Source: Hyalangium minutum (GTDB lineage Bacteria; Myxococcota; Myxococcia; Myxococcales; Myxococcaceae). Taken from it: DNA of 248,000 nt. Made by a program: the position numbers and the translations under genes. The notes below the pieces were generated by a model. The model saw only the letters and a list, made by a program, of their open reading frames with translations, was not told the origin of the DNA and did not search any database. This document shows, in pieces, positions 216,152 to 226,528 of the stretch (within the stretch, counting starts at the first letter, position 1; each line of letters opens with the position of its first letter). The DNA lies in the NCBI RefSeq assembly GCF_000737315.1, contig NZ_JMCB01000006.1, positions 764,001 through 1,012,000 on the forward strand, read 5' to 3'.

Positions 216152-217810
216152 GTGGAGATGCGCCGCCACCCGGGTTCTCCCATGTCGTCGTTCTTCCTCG
216201 CCTCGTCCGTGGTCGCCCTCCTGGTGGCGCTCTTCAACGCGCTGCTGGCCGGCTACGTGCTCGCCTCCGGCTGGAGCGATGCCCGCAAGCGCCTCTTCGC
216301 CGTGGGCCCCGTGGGCGTGACGCTGTTCGCCCTCTCCTGGTTCGTCCTCTTGCTGGACCCCAACACCCGCGAGCCCGTGAGCGCCACCGCCTCCTTCGCG
216401 GCGCTGCTGGCCGTCTCGGGCTTCGCGGGGGATGCCTTGATGGACCTCGGTCCATCCCGGGTGCGCCGGTGGCTGGTGCTGGTGCTGCTCCTGGGAGGGC
216501 TGGGGCTCTCCGGGCTCGCCACCTTCGTGACGGCGACCACCCACCTCCCGCTGGCGCCGGTGCTGCTGCAATTGCTCGGACTGGGCACGGTGGTCTTCAT
216601 CGGCGCCGTGCGCCTGCTGCTCTGCCGCAGTGAGAACGCGGCCATCCGGCGGCTCTCGCGGCACGTGGTCGCCGTGGTCGTCGCCTCGCTGCTCGTGTGT
216701 GCGATCCGCGAGGGCGTCGAGCTGCTGAAGGGCAGCGTCTCCGGCGCGGCCATCATCCTGTGCACCATCCTCGCCGCGGAGATGATGACGCTCAGCTACA
216801 TCCTCCACGATCGCGTGGATGTGCGCCCGCCCGTCACGCGCGCGGTCACCCATGCGCTGCTCGCCATCGCGTCGGCGTTCACCGTCATCGCGGTGCTGCG
216901 GGCGCTGGGTTACTCGGTGGATCTGGGCCAGGTGGCCATCACCGTGGGCGTGGCGCTGCTGGCCTCGCTGCTCTTCGTGGGGCTGGGAGATCCGCTCAGC
217001 CGGTGGCTCGAGTTCCTCCTGTTCCCCAAGCAGGCGCGGCTCACGGGGCTGCTGTCCGCCTCTCGCTCCGAGGCCGCCGCGCTGCGCAGCCGGCTGGAGC
217101 GCGCCGAGCGGCTCGCCATCGCCGGAGAGCTGGCTGCCTCCGTGGCCCATGAAATCAAGAACCCGCTGGCGGCCCTGCGCGGCTACGCGGAGCTGCTCGG
217201 GGACTACCGCGCCCACGTCGCCTCCGAGCAGCGCGAGCGCTTCGAGAAGGCGGTGCGCATCATCCGCGAGGAGAGCGATCGCATCGACTCCAAGGTGCAG
217301 GAGCTGCTGAGCCTCGGGAGGGCGCCGAAGGGCCGCCTGGAGGGAAAGCCCCTGGACGTGTCCCGTGTCACCCTGGAGGCGGTGGCGGTGGCCGAGGGCG
217401 AGGTGGACATTCCTCCCATCACCGCGAGGCTCGATCCGGCGCTGAGGGTGGTGGGTGACGAGGACGAGCTGCGGGGCGTGCTGCTGAACCTGCTGAAGAA
217501 CGCCGCCGACGCGATGCGGGGGCGCCCCGGCGGCCGCATCGAAGTGGTGGCCCGGAGCGAGGAGGCTCAGGTGGTGATCGAGGTGCGCGATGAGGGCACG
217601 GGGCTCGGCGGGGTGGACCGCGAGCAACTCTTCCGGCCGTTCTACACGACGAAGCAGGGCGGCACGGGGCTGGGGCTGGCCATCTCGCGCTCGGCCATCG
217701 AGGCAGCGGGAGGCCGCCTGAGCCTGGTGCCCCGTGAGGACAAGACGGGCGCGGTGGCCCGGGTGGTGCTGCCCGTGGCCGTAGCCGAGGCGCGGGAGGT
217801 GTCGCGATGA
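216152..217810 (+). CDS. membrane histidine kinase
   Basis: AHEIKNP, GTGLG. Confidence 0.9.
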   Translation: MEMRRHPGSPMSSFFLASSVVALLVALFNALLAGYVLASGWSDARKRLFAVGPVGVTLFALSWFVLLLDPNTREPVSATASFAALLAVSGFAGDALMDLGPSRVRRWLVLVLLLGGLGLSGLATFVTATTHLPLAPVLLQLLGLGTVVFIGAVRLLLCRSENAAIRRLSRHVVAVVVASLLVCAIREGVELLKGSVSGAAIILCTILAAEMMTLSYILHDRVDVRPPVTRAVTHALLAIASAFTVIAVLRALGYSVDLGQVAITVGVALLASLLFVGLGDPLSRWLEFLLFPKQARLTGLLSASRSEAAALRSRLERAERLAIAGELAASVAHEIKNPLAALRGYAELLGDYRAHVASEQRERFEKAVRIIREESDRIDSKVQELLSLGRAPKGRLEGKPLDVSRVTLEAVAVAEGEVDIPPITARLDPALRVVGDEDELRGVLLNLLKNAADAMRGRPGGRIEVVARSEEAQVVIEVRDEGTGLGGVDREQLFRPFYTTKQGGTGLGLAISRSAIEAAGGRLSLVPREDKTGAVARVVLPVAVAEAREVSR

Positions 217811-219252
217811 GCGAGCAGACAGCAGAGGCAGCAGGGGCTGAGGTGGCGGTCGTCGAGGACGAGCGCAACCTGCGCGAGCTGTATGTGGACGTGCTGAGCG
217901 CGCGGGGCCTGCGCGTGGCGCCGCTGGAGTCCGTGGCGGCGGCGACGGCGTACCTCTCGCGGCGGGCGCCGGACTTGCTGATCCTCGATGTGAAGCTGGG
218001 CGATGGGGATGGGCTGGTGCTGCTGGACACGCTGCGAGGGCAGGGGCTGCGCACCCCGGTCATCGTGGCGACGGCGTTCGGTACGGTGGAGCGGGCGGTG
218101 CAAGCGCTCCGAGCCGGCGCGGCGGACTTCCTGGTGAAGCCGTTCACCAACGAGCGGCTCGTCTCCGCCGTGGGGGCCGCGCTGGAGTCCGGGAGGCGCT
218201 GGGAGGAGCTGGAGCTGGCGGCGCCCAAGATTGAAGAGAAGAAGGCGTCCGGTGGAGAGCTGATCGGCACCGAGGGAGGGCTCAAGGATGTGGCGGCGCT
218301 GCTGCCCCGGGTGGCGGCCTCGGAGGCCACGGTGCTGGTGCGCGGTGAGTCCGGCACAGGCAAGGAGCTGGTGGCCCGCGCCATCCACAGGGCCTCGCCC
218401 CGGATGGATGGGCCATTCGTGTCTGTGAACTGCGCGGCGCTGCCGTCCTCGCTGCTGGAGTCCGAGCTGTTCGGCTTCGAGCGCGGCGCCTTCACCGGAG
218501 CGCACGCCCGGCGCAAGGGCCTCATCGAGGCGGCGGAGGGCGGCACGCTCTTCCTGGACGAGATCGGCGACATGTCGCTGGATGCCCAGGCCCGGCTGCT
218601 GCGGGTGCTGCAGGAGCGCGAGATCACCCGGATTGGTGGACGTGAGGCGGTGCGGGTGGACATCCGCGTCATCTCCGCCACCCACAGAGACCTGGACGCG
218701 ATGGCCGCGAGCGGGCAGTTCCGCGCGGATCTCCTCTATCGGTTGGCGGTCATCCCCATCCGGCTGCCCCCGTTGCGCGAGCGGGCCGGAGACATCCCTG
218801 GCCTCATCGACCACCTGTTGGAGAAGCACGCGGCGCGCCAGGGCCAGCGGGCACCCCGGCCCGACGCGGAGATGCTGCGGCGTGCGACGGAATACCCCTG
218901 GCCCGGCAACGTGCGCGAGCTGGAGAACTTCGTCGCGCGAGCGGTGGTGCTCGGCCGCTTCGACACGGAGTCACTCCGCGTGACAGCGCAGCCTACGAAG
219001 GCCGCTCCGCCCGCCGAGCCGGTGCCGCCCCACGAGGAGGCGTCAGCGCCCACGCCTCCGAGCCCCGAGTCTTCCTCCGTGCCCACGCTGCGCGAGGCGG
219101 TGGCGCGGGCCGAGCGCGCCGCGGTCATCGCCGCGCTGAAGGCCGCCGGGGGCCAGAAGACGGTGGCCGCCCGGCTGCTCGGGGTGAGCTACAAGACCCT
219201 CTTCAACAAGATCCACGAGCACGGCATCCGCGAAGAGGTGCACATCGCGTGA
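217807..219252 (+). CDS. NtrC-family sigma54 response regulator
   Basis: REC, GESGTGKE, GAFTGA, HTH. Confidence 0.93.
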   Translation: MSEQTAEAAGAEVAVVEDERNLRELYVDVLSARGLRVAPLESVAAATAYLSRRAPDLLILDVKLGDGDGLVLLDTLRGQGLRTPVIVATAFGTVERAVQALRAGAADFLVKPFTNERLVSAVGAALESGRRWEELELAAPKIEEKKASGGELIGTEGGLKDVAALLPRVAASEATVLVRGESGTGKELVARAIHRASPRMDGPFVSVNCAALPSSLLESELFGFERGAFTGAHARRKGLIEAAEGGTLFLDEIGDMSLDAQARLLRVLQEREITRIGGREAVRVDIRVISATHRDLDAMAASGQFRADLLYRLAVIPIRLPPLRERAGDIPGLIDHLLEKHAARQGQRAPRPDAEMLRRATEYPWPGNVRELENFVARAVVLGRFDTESLRVTAQPTKAAPPAEPVPPHEEASAPTPPSPESSSVPTLREAVARAERAAVIAALKAAGGQKTVAARLLGVSYKTLFNKIHEHGIREEVHIA

Positions 219253-219273
219253 GGCCGTGCTCGCGGCCTGTCA

Positions 219274-222200
219274 TCACTGCCCGCCCTGCTGCGGGTCGAG
219301 GTAGTCCCAGGCCCGGGTGTCGACCCGGGAGCCTTTGCCCAGGAACGTGAAGAAGTGGTTGGGGTTGTAGAACACGTCCTTCTCCATCTGCCGATCGAAC
219401 ACGAACAACTGGAAGGCCGAGTACAGCCGGTGGTTGAGGTTCAGGTTGTACAAGCTCGAGCTGTGCGGCGCGACAGCACGCGTTGGCAAGGCAAGCAACG
219501 CCTGGTTCGGATTCACCCGCTCTCCCGCGGGCGTCACGAACGAGCTCCGGAGCTTCACCATCATCCGCCGCCAGCGCGGCTGCTGGAGCACCCGCTCCAA
219601 GTCATTGTTGACGGCCTCGTAGTCGGCGTTGGTGCCCGGCATGATCTGCCGGTGGTCCACCTCGGTGTCCACGTGGGTGACGTAGAAGTCCCGGAGCGCC
219701 CTCAGCGTCCACCCCTCGCTCCGGGCGCGGAGGATAATCTGCCGCGCGCTGAGCCCGTGCAGCGCCAGCTCGTGGGACATGACGAGCGCCATGCCCCCGG
219801 GATGCCAGGTGACCATCCCGCCCAGCGCCATGTAGAGGAAGATCCGCAGGTGTTGGTTGGGATCGAACCCCGGCAGCTCCCGTGACAGCGAATACAGGGG
219901 CACCCAGTGCCCACCGGGAGTGGTGGTGTCCGAGGGATCCCGTACCTGAATGCCGCACCATCCATCAATGTCAGCCGGCTGCCGCCGGACGGTCATCACC
220001 AGCGGCACGTAGTCCGGCGCGTCCGGATCGCAGAAGGGCTCGATGGCCCGCTCCTGGAAGGCGTCCGAAGTCTCGATGATTTCGAACAGCTGCGGAATCA
220101 TCGCCTTCGCCGCGGCGTAGCCCTCGATGGGCGGCCACGTGGAGGGCTCGGGCGTGGGCTCGGGCTGCGGGGTGCCCACTGCGTCCCCGCTGGAGCCCTC
220201 GGTGCCGCCCGTGGGCTGGCGGCCCTCGGCGCCGTTGCGGACTTCCACCTGGGACTCGCCGACGCTGACCTCCATGCCCGGGCTCTGGCGGACGGCGCCG
220301 ATGGTCTCCATCAGGTCCATCTGCTGCAGCGGGGACTCCTGCTTCCCCGGCTGTGAGCCGCCGCCGAGCTGCGCCTGGAGCACCCGCTCCTTCCACTCCT
220401 GGTTCTTCTCCGGGTACTTGCTGGGCGGGAAGGCGCGGTCGATCTGGTCGTTCAGGTTGGCGGCGTTGCGGCTGCTCTGGGCCGCCATGGCCAGCTGGGT
220501 GGCCATCTGGGCGTAGGACTTCGCGGCCTCCTGGTTGGACGTCATCGCCGCCAGCGCGTTCTTCTGGTTCTGGTCCAGGCCGGTGAGGTTGGCGAACGGG
220601 CTCGCCTGCCCGAGCGCCGTCAGCAGCGCGCCCACCCCCGTCGGATCCGGAGCGGCCGGCGCGTTCTGGATGTTGACCACCGGCTGCGCCAGCGGCGAGG
220701 GCTTGGTGTCCTGCGGCGCCTGGTAGCGGCTGTCCGTGCTGACGGGGTTGATGGCGGTGGGCTCGTCGATGGGGGACTGCTCCCAGCGCCAGAACCGCGT
220801 GTCGTCGATGCGCTCGCAGGCGTTGCAGGCCCCGCGCACCGCCTCGGCGAAGACGCCCGGCGTGGGCACGCTCAGGCGGAAGGCGATCTTCTGGCCGCCC
220901 TCGCGCTCGGCCTCCGTCTGGTAGTGCTCCAGCAGGGAGGCGAAGGCCGTGGCCGCGCTGCCGCTCACCTCGGGTCGGCCCAGCTCATAGGTCGGGTCGA
221001 GGTTGAAGCCGCGCGCCACCGGGAAGATGAGGCAGTTGCCCGCCACGCCCAAGAGCCGGTTCTCCACCAGCGACGCCAGCGAGCGCCCCAGCACTCCGCG
221101 CTGCGCGTAGACGGTGTTGAACTCGTCCTGCGCCAGGTGGATGCGGTCCAGCATCATGTACCGCCGGTGCGGGGTGATGCCGTGGCACCAGATGACGTGG
221201 TGGTAGTACTCGAGGTTCTCCCGGTTCAGGTGGTCCCGCAGCTGCTGGGCCATCCGCTGGTCCTCCTGCCACGGGTTGCGCTGCTCCTCGGGGGTGAGTG
221301 GCGTGGGCAGGAAGATCTGATCCGCGAAGCCAATGTCGTTGCGGATGGCCCGGTCGTTCAGCAGCACGCCCGTGTGGTGGCGCGTCCGGTAGCGCAGCGT
221401 GCCCCGGTCGAGGATGGCGAAGCTGCCCGACACGCTCACGCTCGGGGACAGCAGCCGCAGGCCCACCACCTGGCTGCGCTTCAGGTCCGTGGGCGTCCCG
221501 GAGAAGCCCTGCCGGTTCACTCCCGCCTGCAGGGCCTTGGGGTCCTGCACCCGCGTGGAGCGCACCGACACCGTGAGCGGCTTGCCCGGCGCGTAGTCCG
221601 TCAGCAGCGTGCAGTCCAGCCGCATGTCCCTCACCGTGGTGCCGTCCGCGAGGATGGCCTCGAAGCGCAGCTGCTCCACGAAGTTGCGCGCCAGGGCCGG
221701 GGCGTGCTGCTCCTGGAAGGCGCGGTCGCGCTCGGCGGCCGTCATCTTGACGAAGAGGTTGCGGACACCGTTGAGCTCCAGGCCCCGGAAGAGGTGGCTC
221801 AGGGTGGCCCAGGTGTTGATGTCCAAGGTGCCATCCTGCGCGTCCGCCGGGCGGCTCAGCGTGAGCCGCAGCTGGAACTCACCGAAGACTTCATCGATGG
221901 ACTCCTCGCAGAAGGGCAGGAACGTCACCGTGCCATTGGCCTCGCGGCGCTGCGGGAAGTCCACACCCTGGTAGTTGCGAGAGATTCGCTCGACGGCGTC
222001 GAAGCCCTTGCGCAGCTCCTGGCCCTTGGCCGTGTCCGGCCCGTAGAGCAGGTGCTCGGAGAGGCACTCGCGCCAGCGGAGCACCTTCCCGTCCGTGAAG
222101 CGGCTCATCGTCAGCGGGACGAAGAGGCACTCCTGCACGTCCACCAGCTCCTGCTGGACGACGAAGTGCCGGAGGATTTCGAAGTACTGGATGGTGAGCG

Positions 222201-224259
222201 CGTGGCAGTGGTTGTGGTTGGCCACCACCTCCGTCTGCACGGAGAACGTCTCGCCCTGGCGTGCGCTGGTGACCACCGTGGAGCGCTGGCTGCGCACCGA
222301 GGAGGTGGCCTGCATCGTCGAGTCCCTCAGGCGGTTGTGCAGGCTGGACGTCATGTCGCGCGTGTTGTCCTGCCACGCCGACGAGGTGCCCGAGCCCCCC
222401 GAGAGGTTGAAGCCCGTGGCGATGCCCAGGGACATGTTGTCCTTGCTGCCGCTGCCCGCCAGCCCCAGGCCCGCGGACCAGCCCTTCGTCTTGGCCTTGC
222501 TGCCGCCCTTCATGGACTCGCTCAGGGTGCCGGTGAGGATCTCGTCGATGTCCCGGTCCCGCGAGAGGCTGTGGCTCAGCTGCTCGGAGACATCGGTGCT
222601 CTCGGCGCGCGAGGCCTCGTCCACGCGGTTCCAGTCGTAGATGACGAGCTGCTTCTTCTGCCCGGGCGCCAGCGGCAGCGAGTAGAGCAAGTCCCCCATG
222701 GAGTAGCCGTCCGCCTTGAACGTCTGCTTGAAGTGGAGGACGTGGCCGTGGGCGAGCGTGACGGCCTGGTAGAGCTCGAACTCGGTGGCCTCGTCGTCCC
222801 AGCGGATGGGGTTCTTGGGCCCGAGCGTCTGCCGCAGCGTGCGGTGCAGGTGCTTGGCGTAGCCGGCGGTGTCCGCCGTGTTGCCATTCCACTCCCAGCG
222901 AGGATTCTCGTTGATGGGCACCAGCTGGCCGCGCGGATCCGTGGTCCGCACGATGGCGTGGTGGCTGAACTCCTCCAGCGTGCGGTTGGGCACGGTGAAG
223001 TTGACGCACGAGCCGCCGATGTCCTGCGAGTAGCTGGACTCGCCGGCGACGAGCTCCTCGGTGCCCGGCAGCCGGGGGGTGGGCTCATGGCAGGCGCAGT
223101 CCTCGTCCGCGCCACCTGGAGTGGGAGACTCCTCGGCCTCGATCACCAGCTGGGTGAAGGCAGGGAAGCGGCCATCGGCGTCGAGCAGCACGGGGCAGGG
223201 CGTGTCCGGGCGGGCGGAGACCACGGCATAGGCGCCGGTGAACGGCTCGTTGGGGAGCACCGCCGAGAAGCTCCCGGTGCTGTGCGTGCTCACCGTGGCC
223301 AGCGGTACCTCCACGGGCTTGCCATCCGCGCCGAGGCGCTGGCCGTAGAGGATGATCTGCTGGCTCTTCATGGCCTTGCCGGTGCGCTCGACGAGCCGGC
223401 CCTTGAGGACGCGGGTGCTCGTGGGAGCGCTGGAGCCGGGGGTGAGGACGGGAGGGGTGAATGGCTCCACCTTCACCTCGAGCGAGGCGAGCTTGAGCGC
223501 CTGGGTCAGGGTGAGCTGGGGCGGCGAGACGATGCGCGCGGGCAGCCCGTTGGGGGTGCGCACCACGAGGGTGAGGGGGCTGTCCGCAAAGCGGCCCGAG
223601 GCGGTGAAGTCCACCTGGAAGGCGCCGTTGTAGCCGAGCGTGATTTCCCGGTGGATGGGCGTGGCCTTGTCATCCAGGGCGATGGTGTCGGGGCAGGAGA
223701 TCTCCAGCACATAGCCTGCGATGGACTCGCTGGTGCGGGTGCTGGTGACGAAGCCTCGGAGGGGGAACAGCCGCAGCTCCTCCGCGGGCACGGGCGCGCC
223801 CGCCGCAGAGGGAGCCTTGGGCGTGTTGCTCACGGTCTGCACGGTCCCGGACGAGGTGTTCGCCTTGGAGGTCTCCGTCTGCGCCTCCTCCACGAGCACC
223901 GGGGCGCGGGTCGCGGTGGAGGCCTCGAGCTTCACCACCTTCTCGACGGCCTCGGGTGAGGGCAGCTCGAGGATGACGAGGCGCGCGGTCTCGGCGGCCT
224001 TGGTCTCCGCGAGCAGCACCGCGTCCAATGAGGCCTTGTCCGGGAAGCTCCGCTCGGCGAGAGCGGCTCCGTCCTGGAGCACGAACAAGGTGAGGGGATA
224101 GGAGAGCTTCGAGGAGGTGATGCCCTTGAGGAGGAAGTCGCCTTCGGGGCTCGTGAGCTCCCCGGTGAAGAGCGGCGCTTCGGGCTTGGCACCGAGGACG
224201 AGCTTGAGGGACGGGAGGACACTGCTGTCGGAGAAGTTCAACTGCCCATAGAGTTTCAT
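219274..224259 (-). CDS. 1661-aa hypothetical protein, possible pore-forming toxin-like
   Basis: Long GC3-biased ORF; S/T/G-rich hairpin-like core; HELALH near the C-terminus. Confidence 0.6.
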   Translation of the reverse strand: MKLYGQLNFSDSSVLPSLKLVLGAKPEAPLFTGELTSPEGDFLLKGITSSKLSYPLTLFVLQDGAALAERSFPDKASLDAVLLAETKAAETARLVILELPSPEAVEKVVKLEASTATRAPVLVEEAQTETSKANTSSGTVQTVSNTPKAPSAAGAPVPAEELRLFPLRGFVTSTRTSESIAGYVLEISCPDTIALDDKATPIHREITLGYNGAFQVDFTASGRFADSPLTLVVRTPNGLPARIVSPPQLTLTQALKLASLEVKVEPFTPPVLTPGSSAPTSTRVLKGRLVERTGKAMKSQQIILYGQRLGADGKPVEVPLATVSTHSTGSFSAVLPNEPFTGAYAVVSARPDTPCPVLLDADGRFPAFTQLVIEAEESPTPGGADEDCACHEPTPRLPGTEELVAGESSYSQDIGGSCVNFTVPNRTLEEFSHHAIVRTTDPRGQLVPINENPRWEWNGNTADTAGYAKHLHRTLRQTLGPKNPIRWDDEATEFELYQAVTLAHGHVLHFKQTFKADGYSMGDLLYSLPLAPGQKKQLVIYDWNRVDEASRAESTDVSEQLSHSLSRDRDIDEILTGTLSESMKGGSKAKTKGWSAGLGLAGSGSKDNMSLGIATGFNLSGGSGTSSAWQDNTRDMTSSLHNRLRDSTMQATSSVRSQRSTVVTSARQGETFSVQTEVVANHNHCHALTIQYFEILRHFVVQQELVDVQECLFVPLTMSRFTDGKVLRWRECLSEHLLYGPDTAKGQELRKGFDAVERISRNYQGVDFPQRREANGTVTFLPFCEESIDEVFGEFQLRLTLSRPADAQDGTLDINTWATLSHLFRGLELNGVRNLFVKMTAAERDRAFQEQHAPALARNFVEQLRFEAILADGTTVRDMRLDCTLLTDYAPGKPLTVSVRSTRVQDPKALQAGVNRQGFSGTPTDLKRSQVVGLRLLSPSVSVSGSFAILDRGTLRYRTRHHTGVLLNDRAIRNDIGFADQIFLPTPLTPEEQRNPWQEDQRMAQQLRDHLNRENLEYYHHVIWCHGITPHRRYMMLDRIHLAQDEFNTVYAQRGVLGRSLASLVENRLLGVAGNCLIFPVARGFNLDPTYELGRPEVSGSAATAFASLLEHYQTEAEREGGQKIAFRLSVPTPGVFAEAVRGACNACERIDDTRFWRWEQSPIDEPTAINPVSTDSRYQAPQDTKPSPLAQPVVNIQNAPAAPDPTGVGALLTALGQASPFANLTGLDQNQKNALAAMTSNQEAAKSYAQMATQLAMAAQSSRNAANLNDQIDRAFPPSKYPEKNQEWKERVLQAQLGGGSQPGKQESPLQQMDLMETIGAVRQSPGMEVSVGESQVEVRNGAEGRQPTGGTEGSSGDAVGTPQPEPTPEPSTWPPIEGYAAAKAMIPQLFEIIETSDAFQERAIEPFCDPDAPDYVPLVMTVRRQPADIDGWCGIQVRDPSDTTTPGGHWVPLYSLSRELPGFDPNQHLRIFLYMALGGMVTWHPGGMALVMSHELALHGLSARQIILRARSEGWTLRALRDFYVTHVDTEVDHRQIMPGTNADYEAVNNDLERVLQQPRWRRMMVKLRSSFVTPAGERVNPNQALLALPTRAVAPHSSSLYNLNLNHRLYSAFQLFVFDRQMEKDVFYNPNHFFTFLGKGSRVDTRAWDYLDPQQGGQ

Positions 224260-224364
224260 AGCTCGGGCAGTATGTTCAGCAGGTCACAGATTCACAGAAC
224301 CCACGGGATTCATGGCCGAAAGGCCAGGGGAAAACCTGAGAGAGAGGGTACGGCCCGTGAGGGA

Positions 224365-225357
224365 TCAGCCCAGCCGCTCCAGCTCCCGGGTGAGCAGCGT
224401 CTCGAGGTCGCGGATGCTGCGGTAGACGATGCAGCGGTACGAGGCCACGTCGAAGCGCAGCTCCTTCACGTCGCGCACCAGCAGCACGGTGGGGCGGCCC
224501 CGGCCCCACGCATAGCCGACCTCCAGATACACGTTCGGGTTGGCCATGGAGAGGTCGGCGATGACGACCTTGGCCGTGTCAATCCGCTCGCGGATGCGCT
224601 GGATGATGGGGCCGTCGAAGGCGGCTTGGTCCACGCGCTCGCAGAGCATGCCGGTGGACTTCACGGGGCCGAGGATGCCGTAGTGGTAGGTGTCCTCCAG
224701 CTCGGGCTCGAAGGGCATGGCCACGAAGGCGTGCGGCTTCTGCATGGAGGTGGTGCCCGCGGTGGCCATGGGCGGGGCCTGGACGAAGGCGCTCATGCGC
224801 TGCACGCGGAAGCCACCGCCTGGCAGGGGCTGGACGCCGGGGGTTCCTCCGAGCCCGCGCTCCAGTGCCTTGCGCAGCCGCAGGGCGCGCCGCGGGTCGA
224901 GCTCCACGAGCGTGACGCGCTCCAGGGTCTCGGGGCCGGTGCCGCGCTGGAAGGCCTCTACCAGTCCGCCGGCGAGCGCGAGCACGGCCTCGTCCTCATC
225001 CAACCCATAGTTGGGGCCGTGCACGGTGCTGGCCAGGCGGCGCAGGCCGGGGCGGGACTCCAGGGCCTTGAGCGCGCGGACGGCGAGCTGGCGAATCTCG
225101 TGGTACCCGAGCTGGTTGAGGCGCACGGTGCCGAGGAACAGGGCCAGCGGGGCCGTCAGTGCGCCGCGTGTCTCCACGAAGCGAGCATCTCCGACAGGGG
225201 CTTCGAGGTCTGACTTGGGGACGCCCACGGCATCGAGCCGCTGCGAGACGACGCCCGACACTCCATAGAAGCTCTGCGCGTACTTGAAGAGCGCCACGTC
225301 CGCGCGCGCCTCGGTGATGTCTCCTGCCTCCAGCACCAATTCGAGGGCCGTGCTCAT
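224365..225357 (-). CDS. Macro-like domain fused to nucleoside 2-deoxyribosyltransferase/TIR-like domain
   Basis: AGDITE..; FVAMPF..IADLS..NPNVYLEVGYA. Confidence 0.7.
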   Translation of the reverse strand: MSTALELVLEAGDITEARADVALFKYAQSFYGVSGVVSQRLDAVGVPKSDLEAPVGDARFVETRGALTAPLALFLGTVRLNQLGYHEIRQLAVRALKALESRPGLRRLASTVHGPNYGLDEDEAVLALAGGLVEAFQRGTGPETLERVTLVELDPRRALRLRKALERGLGGTPGVQPLPGGGFRVQRMSAFVQAPPMATAGTTSMQKPHAFVAMPFEPELEDTYHYGILGPVKSTGMLCERVDQAAFDGPIIQRIRERIDTAKVVIADLSMANPNVYLEVGYAWGRGRPTVLLVRDVKELRFDVASYRCIVYRSIRDLETLLTRELERLG

Positions 225358-225541
225358 GTCGAGCCACTGTAACCGGCGGAGAGGGCGCTCCGTACAGGTT
225401 GGTGAAACCACCTCACCAGACAGGAGCCTACTCATGTGCATTCACTCGGTGGGCAGCGCTTCGTTAGAGTAGCCCGTGACTTCTTTCGGGCGACAGGTCC
225501 GCTACGACCAGCCTCCGCGTGAAGGTCCTCGTTCCTTCGCT

Positions 225542-226031
225542 TTGCGGCCATTTCGAAAACACGGGTTCGTTTCTGCCCTGTGGATGTTGGCAGCCGTCGC
225601 AGGCTGTGAAACGCCGAGCGGGACAACAGTTCCAGGTGCGGGACCCGCATCCGCCAAGTGGGAAGGCCCCCTGATGCCGGGCCCAGGTGGCGGGCAGGTC
225701 CGAACGACCATTTACTACGGGCCGTGGCAGTGCAATCAGCGGTGGATGGATTCCTGCCAGACGCATTGCGCCTCTGAAGGCCGCAAGCTCATGGGGTGCA
225801 TGTGGCTGGCCGACATCAAAACGGAATGGCAGGGCAGGTACCCGGGACCGCCTGTCGCGGCGGGCGGACGCTACGCGGGATCTTCAGCGGGGAGGTTCTC
225901 CGACGAACGAGCGCAACGTGTTGCCCGTGCCGCCCGATGTTCATGGCGTTTTCACCGACGAGTACCCCATGTGCTACGCCGGAGGCAGCAGGTGGAGCAC
226001 TGTGGGTCCAGACCTGCCCTACACGGATTGA
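225542..226031 (+). pseudogene. HNH-type lipoprotein toxin with internal deletion/frameshift
   Basis: Lipobox VAGC; after GGRYA the C-terminus (GGSPTNERNVLP..GPDLPYTD) lies in another frame. Confidence 0.55.
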
Positions 226032-226042
226032 GATCCAGTTCC

Positions 226043-226513
226043 ATGAACGCTCTGCTCGAGGAGGTCTCGCGCCACCACTTTCCGAATCCACCTGCCACGC
226101 CAGAGCAAATCGAGGCGTTTGAGCGACGGATGGGCTGGCGCCTGGATCCCGAACTCCGAGCTTTCTATCTCCACTGTGATGGAGCGGCCCTCTTCAGGCG
226201 GCGCCCGGACGCGGACTACCGCTTCCTGTCCTTGGCCGAGATCCAGCGAGCCAGAGTCGCCATCCGCGGCAAGGATGACGATTCGCGCGGCCCGGCCTCT
226301 ATGTACACGATCTGCGATCTCCAGGACGGTGACTACATCTTGGTGGACATCAGCCGTCAGCAGGGCGGCTGCTACCCCATCCTCGATGGGTGGCACGAGG
226401 CATGGCCTGATCCGGAATATTGCAAGCAAATCGCCCACTCCTTCTCCGGGTTCCTGGAGGGCGCTCTTCGGAGCGGGGGGAATTGGTTCTGGCTGCAACA
226501 GCGCGAATCATAA
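226043..226513 (+). CDS. SMI1/KNR4 immunity protein
   Basis: ATPEQIEAFE..ELRAFY..CDG. Confidence 0.85.
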   Translation: MNALLEEVSRHHFPNPPATPEQIEAFERRMGWRLDPELRAFYLHCDGAALFRRRPDADYRFLSLAEIQRARVAIRGKDDDSRGPASMYTICDLQDGDYILVDISRQQGGCYPILDGWHEAWPDPEYCKQIAHSFSGFLEGALRSGGNWFWLQQRES

Positions 226514-226528
226514 CGTTGGAAGGAGCGC

